From positions 1 to 38,396 of the IMG/VR virus record IMGVR_UViG_3300032074_000016: 38,396 nt of DNA; one strand, given 5' to 3'. Made by a program: the position numbers and the translations under genes. This document shows positions 7,658-17,135 of the stretch, piece by piece. The notes under the pieces are model-generated. The model was not told the DNA's origin. It worked only from the letters and a program-made list of their open reading frames with translations, and made no database searches. The stretch comes from a virus. Lineage: Duplodnaviria; Caudoviricetes. Each line of letters begins with the position of its first letter. Positions within the stretch are counted from its first letter, which is position 1.

Positions 7658-8604
7658 GGCAGCAACGGGAATCCGCTGATGACCCCGGCCAGCCCGGCGA
7701 CCTCGACCTCCAGGTGGATGAACCCGGAGATGGTCACCGTCCCCGATCCGGCCGCGCGCGACAGGTACGCCGAGGCGGTGTACTGGCCGCTGCTGGCCAC
7801 CGTGAACAGGTTGGTGAAGTTCAGCGGCTTCGCGCCCGGGCCGCCGGTGGCGTCCAGCGGAACCCCACCGTCGGCGATGAGCGTGTCCGTGACTGCCGGC
7901 GAGTTCGCGCCGGCCACGCAGTAGACGTTGACGCTGCAGTACGCGCCCACGGTGTCGGCCTGCGCCATGCTCTCCCACCGCACCCGGTAGGCCACACCGG
8001 CCAGCAGGGTGAGGGTCTGGTTGGTGGGACCGACGACCCGCACCTGCGTCGTGCTGTTCGCCGACTGGGTGCTGGTCTGCCCGCCCGCGCTCACCAACCC
8101 CTGGGGTCGGCCCAGGCCACCGGGGTCCACCCACTGCCGCTGGTCGATGATGCCGGTGATCGTGGTGCCCGAGTTGGGGGGCACCAGGAAGGAGTGCAGC
8201 GGGGTGTCCCACTGCCCGGTCTCCACCTGCGTCATCGCCGGCACGGTCGGCGTGGATGACGGGGTGCCCTGCAGCGCCACCGGGGTGACGGTCTTCGCCG
8301 ACAGGTCACGGCGCAGCACGATCAGGTCACGCCGGTACAGCGACGCGTTCGTGTTCGGCGCGATCGCCGGCATGGTCTTCGCCCCGCCGGAGAGCTCGTA
8401 GCCCGTACCGCGCACCCACGCCCGGCCCGCCGAGAGGGTCGGGGTCAACGCGGAGAACGTGATCCCGAGTGAGCCGGCCGACGCGGACGCGGCAGGAGTG
8501 TCGATGACACCGGACGGCGACCAGGCCGGGCCGAACCGGTACCACTGGGTCTGGTCGGCCCACGGCTGGCTGTCGAACGGCCCGTAGGTTTCAGTTCCAG
8601 CCAA
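7654..8604 (-). CDS. Minor tail protein
   Basis: TTG start with GAGGAAG upstream. YGPFDS...AGRAWVRG...RRDLIVLR...WDTPL N-terminus typical of actinophage minor tail proteins. Confidence 0.85.
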   Translation of the reverse strand: MAGTETYGPFDSQPWADQTQWYRFGPAWSPSGVIDTPAASASAGSLGITFSALTPTLSAGRAWVRGTGYELSGGAKTMPAIAPNTNASLYRRDLIVLRRDLSAKTVTPVALQGTPSSTPTVPAMTQVETGQWDTPLHSFLVPPNSGTTITGIIDQRQWVDPGGLGRPQGLVSAGGQTSTQSANSTTQVRVVGPTNQTLTLLAGVAYRVRWESMAQADTVGAYCSVNVYCVAGANSPAVTDTLIADGGVPLDATGGPGAKPLNFTNLFTVASSGQYTASAYLSRAAGSGTVTISGFIHLEVEVAGLAGVISGFPLLP

Positions 8605-8608
8605 GGCG

Positions 8609-10579
8609 TCACTTCCTCGAGATCAGTCCGGCGAGCCCCGTCGCGGCGGCGGCGAGCTGCTGCTGGGTCGGGGTCTTGCGGATGGCGGTGGCGTCGTAGG
8701 AGCCGATCGCGGGCTGCACGGACTCCTTGCCGGTGTTGTCCACCGACAGCGCGATCTGCCGCACCACATCGGAGACCGCCGCCACCTGGGTCTGCCCTGG
8801 CAGGCCGACGTAGACGGTGACCTTGTCGCCGAGATCCCAGTCCTTGCCGTAGGTGGCGGCCTCGGTGTCTGTCAGCCGCACCGTCAGCGAGACGGTCGCC
8901 GGGCCCTGGTCGATGGCGTCCTGATCGGCCTGGGCCAGCTCGGTCGTGTCGCTGGTGTCCGACCGGTCGATGTAGGACCAGATCTGCCGCCCCCACGCCA
9001 GCGCCAGCGACGACGTCGTCACCACGAGCTTGCGGACGCGGGTGTGCAGCGTGCCCGCACCGGCCGAGAGTGCGTGCGTGACCGTCGGCGCCGTCTCCCG
9101 GTAGAAGATGGCGACCAGGTTGCGCATGTCAGCGGCGAACTTCACCCCATCGGTGAGGTCCCTCGGTTGCACCACGTCCACCGTGAGCTGCCCGGCGGCG
9201 CTGGTGACCCGGATGCCGAGGTCCAGCCCGGAGGCGGCGGAGATGACCGCGAGGGCGTCCATGACCCCGTTCGGTCCGGCCGCGGAGAAGAGTTGCCGCC
9301 AGGTGCGCGAAGACCCGACACCGGGGTCGGCGCCCATGACGAGCCCGGACACCTGCCGGTCGGCGCGGGCGGTCGGCCCGGCCTGATCGGAGATCATCTG
9401 CCACATGGCGGTGGACGCGACACCGGCGAACGACCAGTAGTCGTTGACCGTCTGATCGTCACCGGCCCGCAGCCGGTCGGGCATCACCAGCCGATCGGCG
9501 AGGTGCTGCTCGTCGCCGACACATTCCAAGGTGATCAGCGGCCGAGGGTCCGTTTCGGCGTCCCAGTTCAGCTGCCGGGCGGCGATCGGCCCGGAGAACT
9601 CCTGCCTGCCGTCGCGGTGCACGATGACCCCGTTCGACGGGGCGCACGCGGCCCACGCCTCCGGGCTGAACGGGGTGGTGATCACCGCCGTGTCCACGCC
9701 CATGTGCTTGCGGACGATCTGGACGGTGTCGATCAGCAGCGCCTTCGACGGCGCGTAGTCGGTGTCCCGCGCCCACACCGCCCAGGTGTGCATCGTGGGC
9801 GGCGGCGGCAGCACCACGGCCACCTGCGCCACCGAAGCCGTCAACGTCACCGTCGCCGCGAAGGAGACGGCGACGGTGGTCGTGGCGGACGACACCACGG
9901 CCGTCAACGTCACAGTCGGGGTCAGCGAGGCGTTCACCGTCGGCGTGGAAGTGACCACCGGGCCCGGCCACGCCGAATCGTCGTCAGCAACGGCGTCGAA
10001 GAGCAGGGTGACGTCGGCAGTGGTGTTCGTGTTGTTCTGCCCCAGCCGGGCAGTGTCGATGGTGCCCTGATTGTAGGCGCGGTCCCCGGAATCCTCGGTG
10101 ACCGTCGTCGTGTGCGGGTCCGGCCCGACGTACAGCCGGGCCTGCTGCGCCCCGGCCGTGTTGTCCACCCGGTACTCCACGCGCGACCACTGGTCGACCG
10201 GCAGCACCGTCGAGGACGTCCACTCGTTCGTGCTGCCATTGATCAGCGACACGGTGCCGTTGCCGTTGAGCCGCAGACGGGACCGGCCAGTGTTCGACCC
10301 GCGCAACGCGATCAGGTCGTGCGTGTTCGACACCGGCGACACCGGCCGCACGTAGACGCGGCGGAAGAACAGCGCCGTCGGGGTGTACGTCGATTCCAGG
10401 TAGACGGCGGTGCCCGCGGCGGCGGCCACCTGCACCGCCAGCAACCCCTCCGGCAGCGGCGTCGGGGCGGCCGTGAACGCGGCCCCCGTACCGCTGACCG
10501 CCGTGAACGCCGTATTGGAGGTGGTGGCGGTGGCGCCGCCTGTGCCGCCCTCGAAGTTCTCGACGAACAGCGACGCCAC
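8609..10579 (-). CDS. Tal/baseplate-hub-like minor tail protein (ReqiPepy6 Gp37-like) with an N-terminal lectin-like domain
   Basis: C-terminal ~390 aa contains FSGPI, YGKDWDLGDKVTV and VVRQIAL. N-terminal ~205 aa (ENFEGG...WSRVEY...FDAVA) is concanavalin-like. The two are joined by a T/V-rich linker. Confidence 0.8.
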   Translation of the reverse strand: MASLFVENFEGGTGGATATTSNTAFTAVSGTGAAFTAAPTPLPEGLLAVQVAAAAGTAVYLESTYTPTALFFRRVYVRPVSPVSNTHDLIALRGSNTGRSRLRLNGNGTVSLINGSTNEWTSSTVLPVDQWSRVEYRVDNTAGAQQARLYVGPDPHTTTVTEDSGDRAYNQGTIDTARLGQNNTNTTADVTLLFDAVADDDSAWPGPVVTSTPTVNASLTPTVTLTAVVSSATTTVAVSFAATVTLTASVAQVAVVLPPPPTMHTWAVWARDTDYAPSKALLIDTVQIVRKHMGVDTAVITTPFSPEAWAACAPSNGVIVHRDGRQEFSGPIAARQLNWDAETDPRPLITLECVGDEQHLADRLVMPDRLRAGDDQTVNDYWSFAGVASTAMWQMISDQAGPTARADRQVSGLVMGADPGVGSSRTWRQLFSAAGPNGVMDALAVISAASGLDLGIRVTSAAGQLTVDVVQPRDLTDGVKFAADMRNLVAIFYRETAPTVTHALSAGAGTLHTRVRKLVVTTSSLALAWGRQIWSYIDRSDTSDTTELAQADQDAIDQGPATVSLTVRLTDTEAATYGKDWDLGDKVTVYVGLPGQTQVAAVSDVVRQIALSVDNTGKESVQPAIGSYDATAIRKTPTQQQLAAAATGLAGLISRK

Positions 10580-10580
10580 G

Positions 10581-10898
10581 TCAGCCGCTCGCGGTCGCCG
10601 TCAGGTTCACGGCCACCGACCCGGTCGACGTCACCGCGCCCGCAGCCTTGTCCAGGAAGGTGCCGCCGACGCCCGCCGTCCACAGGCCGATGTAGGCGAT
10701 GTTCGTCCCGGCGGCCACCGTGCCCGTCGCCGTGCCCGTGATCACCCCATCCACCGCGCCCGGCGTCCACGTGATCGCAGCCCGTGCCCCGGCCACCTCA
10801 TTCGCGCCCGTCGTCCCGGGGTCGCCGGTGTGGAAGGACACGTAGGCGGCGGAGTTGGCGTAGCCAGTGGCCACGTTCTCCTTCTGCGTCGCGGTCAT
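10581..10898 (-). CDS. Small tail-associated structural protein
   Basis: ATG 10896-10898 overlaps the upstream stop. YVSFHTGDPGTTGANEV...YIGLWTA..GGTFL motif common in phage tail regions. Confidence 0.8.
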   Translation of the reverse strand: MTATQKENVATGYANSAAYVSFHTGDPGTTGANEVAGARAAITWTPGAVDGVITGTATGTVAAGTNIAYIGLWTAGVGGTFLDKAAGAVTSTGSVAVNLTATASG

Positions 10899-11083
10899 CG
10901 GCACGAGAGCGGCTCCAATCTCGCGCGCATGGTGGTGGCGCCGTGGTCGTAGTTGAGTTCTCGCTCCAGGACGCGGAAGGCTCCAGTGATCTGGGGGCCT
11001 CGACCGATGTGCAGGGTGGATCCCGGGCGGTAGAACTCCCAGAGCTGCGGGTCGTACGGACGTTCCTCAGTCCACAGGCGCAC
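10895..11083 (-). CDS. Hypothetical protein (62 aa) between Dit and Tal
   Basis: Fills the gap exactly. Stop is coupled to the next ATG. Confidence 0.6.
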   Translation of the reverse strand: MRLWTEERPYDPQLWEFYRPGSTLHIGRGPQITGAFRVLERELNYDHGATTMRARLEPLSCR

Positions 11084-11092
11084 GACGTCCCC

Positions 11093-11965
11093 CTAGATCC
11101 CTGAGTAGCGCGGCTGCCACGACCCGTAGATCCGCGAGTTCGACGAGGCGCCGTTCAGCGCCGCCGTGATGTCGTTGACGTCCTCCACCAGCGGCCACAG
11201 GTCCGGGTAGCCGTCCACCGAGCCCAGCAGGTTCGTGCCGTCACCACGACGCACCGACTGATACGCGGGCCGGGTGTCGATCACCATCTGCTCACCGGAG
11301 GCCAGTGACGCCCCCACCGTCAGTGACCGGCCCGTCGTGTTGTTCGTCAGCACCAGCGAGCTGCCGGGCCCGGTGATCGTCCACACCGGGAACGCGGGCG
11401 TGTCCGAGTCCGACAGATCGACCGTGTACTGGCCCTGCACCGTGGACGACGACAGCACCAGCGGGAAGAACGGGAAGAACGGCGTAGGCGCGCCCAGGCC
11501 GATCGACACCGTCTTCTCGTCGCCCAGCCACCATGGATCGGGGGCATACAGCTTCACCACGGCCCGCCACCAGCGGCCAGGCAGCTCCGAGCTCAGCGAG
11601 GCGTCCCCCTCCAGACCGCCGATGCAGTAGCAGGTCAGGGACCGCCGCTCGCCGGTCTCGTTCGCCACGGTCAGCGTGCCCGCGCCGGCCTTCGGCCGCA
11701 TCGCGCGCACCAGCCCCCGGGCCTTCGCCCGGAACTCCGCCTCGGTGTCGGCGTTGATCTCCACCCCGAGCGTCGGATTCCGGTCCGCAGCCTTGATCGA
11801 CTGCAGCGTCTGCCCATCGATCCCGGCGTACTCAGTGGCGATCACCGAATAGGCGGGGGAACGCAGCCCGGTCGTGCCGTCCGGGGCCACCAGGTAGCCA
11901 GCGTCGGTGTCCGACAGGTTGATCACGGTCCCGTCCGCGCCGGTCCAGGTGAACCGGTCAGCCAC
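11093..11965 (-). CDS. Distal tail protein (Dit)
   Basis: Directly after the tape measure. LYAPDPWW, FPVWTITGP and LWPL..DVN motifs. 290 aa. Confidence 0.88.
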   Translation of the reverse strand: MADRFTWTGADGTVINLSDTDAGYLVAPDGTTGLRSPAYSVIATEYAGIDGQTLQSIKAADRNPTLGVEINADTEAEFRAKARGLVRAMRPKAGAGTLTVANETGERRSLTCYCIGGLEGDASLSSELPGRWWRAVVKLYAPDPWWLGDEKTVSIGLGAPTPFFPFFPLVLSSSTVQGQYTVDLSDSDTPAFPVWTITGPGSSLVLTNNTTGRSLTVGASLASGEQMVIDTRPAYQSVRRGDGTNLLGSVDGYPDLWPLVEDVNDITAALNGASSNSRIYGSWQPRYSGI

Positions 11966-14900
11966 TGGCCAACCACTCGTTCGCCGCCTGGTCCTTCGCC
12001 ATCTGGCGGGACAACTGCCGGTAGTCGACGTGCGCGTAGACCTCGCGCTGGTCGTAGATCACCGTGCGAGGTGAGCTGCCGGCGCGGTCGAGGTTCAAGG
12101 CTGCGGTGACGAGCCGCTGCGTGTACCGGTCCTCGGGTGCTGTCTGCACCCGCTCACCGACCTGCACGTACGCGGGGACGGTCGCACCGGGCGGGCCCTC
12201 GACGGGGCCGCCGCCGTGGTACCAGCCGTAGCGGGTTTCGTGTCCCCAGGCGCCGATCGGGTCGCCGTAGCGGCCCTTGATGTAACGCTCCATGCCCAGA
12301 ATCTGGGTGGCCGCGTCCGACGTCTTCCGCAGCCCGACCGTCGCCCACGTGGAGTCGAGGAACTGCGCGATCCCGTACGCGGTCGACGTCGGGTTCTGGG
12401 CGGTGTTCCGCCAGCCCGACTCCCTCTGCCCGAGCGCGTACCAGGCCGCCCATTCCGCCCCGGATCCCCAACCGAGCGCGGCGCCCATCCGCTGCGCCAG
12501 CAGCGCGTTCGCGTTCGGGTTCGACGGGACACCCGGCGCGAACGCCCGCGCCGCCGCCGCCAACTGCTTCTCCGCGGCCGCGAGCGACCCCGGGTCGATC
12601 CCGACGCGGGCAAGCAGCGACCAATCCGGAAGCATCCCGCCGGCGGCGAACCCCAGTGCCTTACGAACGCCGGACACACCACCCGAGCGAGCGGCGGCGT
12701 TGAGACCCATGAACCGGCCCGGGCCCATCGCCTGCACGACCTCCGGGCGGGCGATGCCCTCACCTCCGGACAGGTCCAGCGCAACCCCAGCGGTCGGCGA
12801 GGTGAAACGGTGCACATCCCGCCCCGGCGTCCAGCCGGGCAGCACAGCACCGGTCGCCGCCGCGAACCGGCCACCGATGCCGCCGACCCCCAGGTTGATC
12901 GAGTAGTTGTGGTAGTCCTTCGTCAGCTGAGTGATCGCGTCCCGCGCGGCCTGCGTATTCGCCGCAACCACGATCTGGTGGTTAGGCAGGTGGACGACCG
13001 TGTAGCCGAGGTCCTGCAGGTCCTTGATCTGACCGTCGGTGACGCCCTTGAGGACCGTGGCGTTGCCCTGGAACTCCTTGCGGAAACGATCGGACTCGGT
13101 GGCCGCCGTCAGGCCCATCTTGCTGACGGCATCGTTCACGTTCCCGGCCATGATCGTCGCACCGTGCAGCGCCTGGATGGCCTGCAGGATCGCGGTCGGC
13201 GTCGCGGTGCCCATCTGCTTGGCGACCTGCTCGAGCACCTGCAGCTGGGCCTGGTTCGCCGCGTTCGTGGTGTCGGTGACGCCCTTCGCCTTCGCCTGAG
13301 ACGCGGCGTACGTGCCGGCGGCCTGCGCGGCCGAGATGGCCGACTGGGCGATCGCCGACTGCTCCTCCGACAGCTGCGCGGCGGACACCTGGCCGGTGGC
13401 TGCATCCTTGTTGAACTGAGTGATCGTGTCGTTGAGGCCCTGCTGGGCCTGCTGCGCGGCGATACCGTTCTGGATCGAGGTCAGCGCCGAGGACGCCTGC
13501 TCCTGAAGCCGCTTGATCTGCGTCTTCTGCGCGTCGTTCGCCCGGGAGGTCTCGGTCGCGAGGTTCGCGTTCGCGTCCGCGAGGTTCTGTGCGGCGACCG
13601 CAACCGCGTGCGAGTTCGGTGGGTTGTTGTGCAGCGCGTCCGTCATGTCCTGGGTGGCGATCTTGACGCGCTGCGTCGCCTCCTCCACCGGGGTCATCGC
13701 CGCGGCCTGCCGCTTCCAAGCCGCGTTGCCCTGGTCTAGCTGGTTCTGGAGCTCCTTGAGCTTCATGCGTAGGCCGTCGATGTAGTTCCGGCTCGACGGG
13801 TCGTTCGGCTGGTTACCGGCGGAGGCGATCTGCTTCTGCAGGCTGGCGATGTGCTGCCGGAGCTCGTCGAGGTTCTGCCCGGCCTTGATCGCGGCCTGGC
13901 CACCCATTCCGAGCGCGATCGTCTCGTTCCACTGCTGCACGTCGCGGATGGACTTCTCCACCGCGGCGTTGTGCGCCTTGATCATCGCCACCAGACCGGC
14001 GACACCCACCCCGGCTGCGAGCAGCCCAGCGATCCACGGACCGCCGAGAACACGGAGCAGCCCCGACGCACCGGTCCGCATCGCCGCCAGCCCCCCGCGC
14101 GCGGCGGTCCCGGCTGCGGCGCCCAGACCGGCGAGCGCCCCCCGCGCCCCGGCAAGCGCCGCGCTGTCGCCCTGCACCGTCGACAGGAACGCGGCCTGCG
14201 CCGCCGTCTCCCGGTACGCGGCCTTCATCAGGCCCAGACTGGCCACCACTTTCACGCCCATCGCCTTGACCGTGTCGCCCAGGTACAGGGCGCGCAGGGC
14301 GATCCCGTCGAACCAATTCGCCGCCATCCCCAGCCGCAGCAACCCGAACGCCACCACCGCGGCCTGCACCTCGCCCGGCAGAGACCCGAAGGCGTGCACC
14401 AGCCCACCCACCGCGGGAACCGCCACCGACGACACCCCGCGGAACGCCCCGACCAGCCCGGAGAACGCTGCACCCGTGGCCACCGCGAGATCGTGCAGGC
14501 CGCCGGAGCCGACGAACTGCGACGCCAGGTGGCCGACGTCGCCGGCCAGGGCGCCGATCACCGGCGTCACCGCGGCGACCCCGGACTTCAGCCCGTCGAA
14601 CAGGCCCTTCACCGTGGAGGTGAACCCGCTCACCGCCGTCGAGTGGAAGAGGCCCTCCACCTTCCGCCCGAAGTTCTCGATCGCCGGCACGCCGGTCTGC
14701 GACAGCCAGTCGGCCACCTTCGACAGCGGCGGCAGCAGCGAGTTCCCGATCCGGATGCCGAGCACCTCGACCGAGGACTTCAGCGAGGCGAACGCGAACG
14801 CGGCGGTCTTCGTCGTGGCCTCCCACGACTTGGTGAACCCGTCCTGCCCCGCCTTCACCTCTTCGTACTTCTGCTGCAGCCGGTCGTACTGGCCGATCAG

Positions 14901-16202
14901 CAGCGCGACGCCGCCGCCGGCCTTCTTCCCGAAGGCCTGCGTGATGATCGCGCCGACCTGGTCCCCGGCGATGCCTGCCTTCAGCAGGTGGTCACGCAGA
15001 TCGGTCACGGCCTGGTTCAGGCCGCCCTGCTGCAGGTCCTTCGCCAACTGCCCGGCCTTCAGGCCCAGCGCGTCGAGGATCTTCTGACCGCCGCGCGCGG
15101 GGACCGCGAACGCCTCGACGGCGGTGCGCAGCATCGTCGCCGCGTCCGCGCCCCGCACGTTGTTGTCACCGAAGGTGGCCAGCGCCGCGCCGACGTCGGT
15201 CAGGTTGACCCCGAAGAGCTTCACCCGGGCCAGCAGCCCGGACCCGAGGGCCTCGTTCAGGTCGGACAGCTTCATGTCGCCGGCGCCGACGGTGGCGTTC
15301 AGCGCGCCGACCGCCTGGTCGTAGTTCTTGAACCCGCCGATGCCGCTCGCGACGGTCGCCGTCAGCGCGTTCGTCGTCTCCTCGAGGTCCGCTCCGGCCA
15401 CGTTCGCGGCCTTCGCCGCGGTGGCCACCACGTCCAGGGCCTGCTTGCTCCGGAGGCCCGTGGAGTAGACGTGGTACAGGCTGGTCGCCAGCTCCTCCGG
15501 GGAGTTCGTGACCAGCTTCGACGCCATGTTCAGCACGGCCGGGGACAGCTTGACGATCTCCGCCCGGGTGGCGCCGGCCTGCGTCTGGATGCGCGTCATC
15601 GCCGCGTTGAACTCCGACGCCTTCCGCACCGCCTCGACGATCGGGATCGCCGGCAGGGTCAGCGTGAACGCAGCCGTCAGTGTCTTCGACGCCAGCCCCA
15701 TCGAGCCGCGCAGCGACTTCGCGGCCAGTTCCGATTCGCCCATCCGCGTGGCCAGCAGCGCCTGCCGGTCCGCGGCTACCGTCGTCGACGCGGTCACGTC
15801 GGCCTGCACCCGGGCCTGCGCCGCCTCCGCCCGCGCGACGGCATCGGTCTGCAGGGTCAGGTTGCGCTGCGCCTTCGCGACCGCCTCCTCGGCGGCCGCC
15901 AACCGCGACGCCGAGGCCGTGCTCTTGTCAGTGAGCTCGGTCAGCCGCGTCTGAGCGACCGTCAGCCGGCCGGTAGCGTCCGCGGCGCGCTTCTGCGCCA
16001 CGGCGACCTTCGTCGACGCGGCCTCGACCGCCGCCGCCGCGGACGTGCCGAACGACGCCCCGAAAGCACGACCCGCGGCCGAGCCGCCAGCAGCCGCCTC
16101 GACGCCGGCAGCGCGCAGGCCGGCGCGAAGCTTCGGGGCGAAGCCCACCAAGGAGGGAAGGACGTCCACCCAGACGACGTCGGCATTACCGGCTGTGGGC
16201 AT
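11958..16202 (-). CDS. Tape measure protein with C-terminal lytic transglycosylase
   Basis: 1414 aa, Ala-rich and helical. Starts WVDVLPSL.GF. Ends with RESGWRNTAQNPTSTAYGIAQFL...YIKGRYGDP..AW.HE...GWY. Confidence 0.95.
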   Translation of the reverse strand: MPTAGNADVVWVDVLPSLVGFAPKLRAGLRAAGVEAAAGGSAAGRAFGASFGTSAAAAVEAASTKVAVAQKRAADATGRLTVAQTRLTELTDKSTASASRLAAAEEAVAKAQRNLTLQTDAVARAEAAQARVQADVTASTTVAADRQALLATRMGESELAAKSLRGSMGLASKTLTAAFTLTLPAIPIVEAVRKASEFNAAMTRIQTQAGATRAEIVKLSPAVLNMASKLVTNSPEELATSLYHVYSTGLRSKQALDVVATAAKAANVAGADLEETTNALTATVASGIGGFKNYDQAVGALNATVGAGDMKLSDLNEALGSGLLARVKLFGVNLTDVGAALATFGDNNVRGADAATMLRTAVEAFAVPARGGQKILDALGLKAGQLAKDLQQGGLNQAVTDLRDHLLKAGIAGDQVGAIITQAFGKKAGGGVALLIGQYDRLQQKYEEVKAGQDGFTKSWEATTKTAAFAFASLKSSVEVLGIRIGNSLLPPLSKVADWLSQTGVPAIENFGRKVEGLFHSTAVSGFTSTVKGLFDGLKSGVAAVTPVIGALAGDVGHLASQFVGSGGLHDLAVATGAAFSGLVGAFRGVSSVAVPAVGGLVHAFGSLPGEVQAAVVAFGLLRLGMAANWFDGIALRALYLGDTVKAMGVKVVASLGLMKAAYRETAAQAAFLSTVQGDSAALAGARGALAGLGAAAGTAARGGLAAMRTGASGLLRVLGGPWIAGLLAAGVGVAGLVAMIKAHNAAVEKSIRDVQQWNETIALGMGGQAAIKAGQNLDELRQHIASLQKQIASAGNQPNDPSSRNYIDGLRMKLKELQNQLDQGNAAWKRQAAAMTPVEEATQRVKIATQDMTDALHNNPPNSHAVAVAAQNLADANANLATETSRANDAQKTQIKRLQEQASSALTSIQNGIAAQQAQQGLNDTITQFNKDAATGQVSAAQLSEEQSAIAQSAISAAQAAGTYAASQAKAKGVTDTTNAANQAQLQVLEQVAKQMGTATPTAILQAIQALHGATIMAGNVNDAVSKMGLTAATESDRFRKEFQGNATVLKGVTDGQIKDLQDLGYTVVHLPNHQIVVAANTQAARDAITQLTKDYHNYSINLGVGGIGGRFAAATGAVLPGWTPGRDVHRFTSPTAGVALDLSGGEGIARPEVVQAMGPGRFMGLNAAARSGGVSGVRKALGFAAGGMLPDWSLLARVGIDPGSLAAAEKQLAAAARAFAPGVPSNPNANALLAQRMGAALGWGSGAEWAAWYALGQRESGWRNTAQNPTSTAYGIAQFLDSTWATVGLRKTSDAATQILGMERYIKGRYGDPIGAWGHETRYGWYHGGGPVEGPPGATVPAYVQVGERVQTAPEDRYTQRLVTAALNLDRAGSSPRTVIYDQREVYAHVDYRQLSRQMAKDQAANEWLASG

Positions 16203-16698
16203 CTCGCCCCTCCTTCCCGTGCTCGGCGGCGTAGGTCTCGTGCGCGGCGCGAATCAGGGAGTCGAGCTCCAGCTCGATCCGGGCCTCGGCGCGCGCCTTC
16301 GCCTTCTCGATCGCCGTCACCGGCCGGGAGAACCGCGGAGGCGCCGGCACCGGCTTCGCCACACGGCCGGAGGTGTTCACCACCGCGGTGATCAGCTGAC
16401 CGATGCGGTCGAAGATCGCCGCCTGCAACTCCGTGCCGAGGTCCCATTCCTGCGGCGGCGGCGACCAGCGGGCCCGCTCCGGCTGCGCGGCCACCCACTC
16501 GGCCACCTCGGGGTCGTCCCGGTACGCCGACACGTAGTGGCTGTGTGAGGGCAGCCCGCGGAGCAGCACCGAGAACTCCCACCACGGGCGGTCCCCGCGG
16601 AAGTAGTCGACCAGGTCGATGTGGTAGCGGCCGCGGAAGTCGATGAGGATGGCCTCGCCGTAGCGGTCGATCAGGTCGACGAGGCCGCGGTACCCCCC
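16186..16698 (-). CDS. Tail assembly chaperone, frameshifted C-terminal part (gpT of gpGT)
   Basis: The -1 frame after GGGGGGT reads GYRGLVDLIDRYGEAILIDFRGRYHIDLVDYFRGDRPWWEFSVLLRGLP and is open to 16186. Confidence 0.85.
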   Translation of the reverse strand, partial: GGYRGLVDLIDRYGEAILIDFRGRYHIDLVDYFRGDRPWWEFSVLLRGLPSHSHYVSAYRDDPEVAEWVAAQPERARWSPPPQEWDLGTELQAAIFDRIGQLITAVVNTSGRVAKPVPAPPRFSRPVTAIEKAKARAEARIELELDSLIRAAHETYAAEHGKEGRDAHSR

Positions 16699-17084
16699 GG
16701 GACGTCATCCTCACTGACGAACTCGATCGCGTTCTGCTCGTCGAAGTGCCGGCCCATGTCGTTGATCAGCGCGAGCAGCACCGGCAGCTTCTCGTGGCGG
16801 ACCAGATCCCACACCCGGCCGAACTGGTCACCGCACGCGGTCTCCAGGATCCGCCTGGCGTCGCCGATCATGAACGTGCCGTCGCTGTTGAAGAACTCGT
16901 TGAACGCCAACTGCTGCTCGGCCGAATCCGGCGCCTGGATGAGGATCGGCGGCGTCACGTCATCGATCCGGTACGGCTCGGGGGTGAACCCGGTATCGGA
17001 CTGCGCTCGCAGCCGCTCCAGCGTGCTCAGCTTCTTCGGACCGGCCTTCGTCGCCGGGGCAGCCTTGCGGGGACGCGGTGGCAT
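16671..17084 (-). CDS. Tail assembly chaperone (gpG)
   Basis: Between the major tail and tape measure genes. AGGAAGG before ATG 17082-17084. 137 aa. Confidence 0.85.
   Translation of the reverse strand: MPPRPRKAAPATKAGPKKLSTLERLRAQSDTGFTPEPYRIDDVTPPILIQAPDSAEQQLAFNEFFNSDGTFMIGDARRILETACGDQFGRVWDLVRHEKLPVLLALINDMGRHFDEQNAIEFVSEDDVPGGTAASST
16692..16698 (-). other. -1 programmed frameshift slippery site G GGG GGT
   Basis: CCG GGG GGT just before the gpG stop. The frame difference to the downstream ORF is exactly -1. Confidence 0.8.
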
Positions 17085-17135
17085 GGGTGGGCCTTCCTGC
17101 ACGCCGGTGGTGGTGGATCGGGTGGGTGGGCGCGG

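Noticed and set aside
7658-8212. N-terminal extensions in the ORF track (914-aa tailspike; likewise starts at 3208, 19512, 21164, 21648, 29017, 31471, 31995, 34007, 34216)
   Set aside because: They overlap real upstream genes in another frame. ATGA/GTGA overlaps or RBSs define shorter starts.
5087-10579. Diversity-generating retroelement or invertible tail-fibre switch
   Set aside because: No reverse transcriptase, invertase, template/variable repeat pair or flanking inverted repeats were seen.
5594-16391. Long plus-strand ORFs (e.g. 5594-7924, 9044-10741, 12216-13739, 13851-16391; also 508-1800, 21558-22979, 24123-25682)
   Set aside because: They are antisense shadows of clear minus-strand genes in high-GC DNA, with R/G/V/H-rich products and no motifs.
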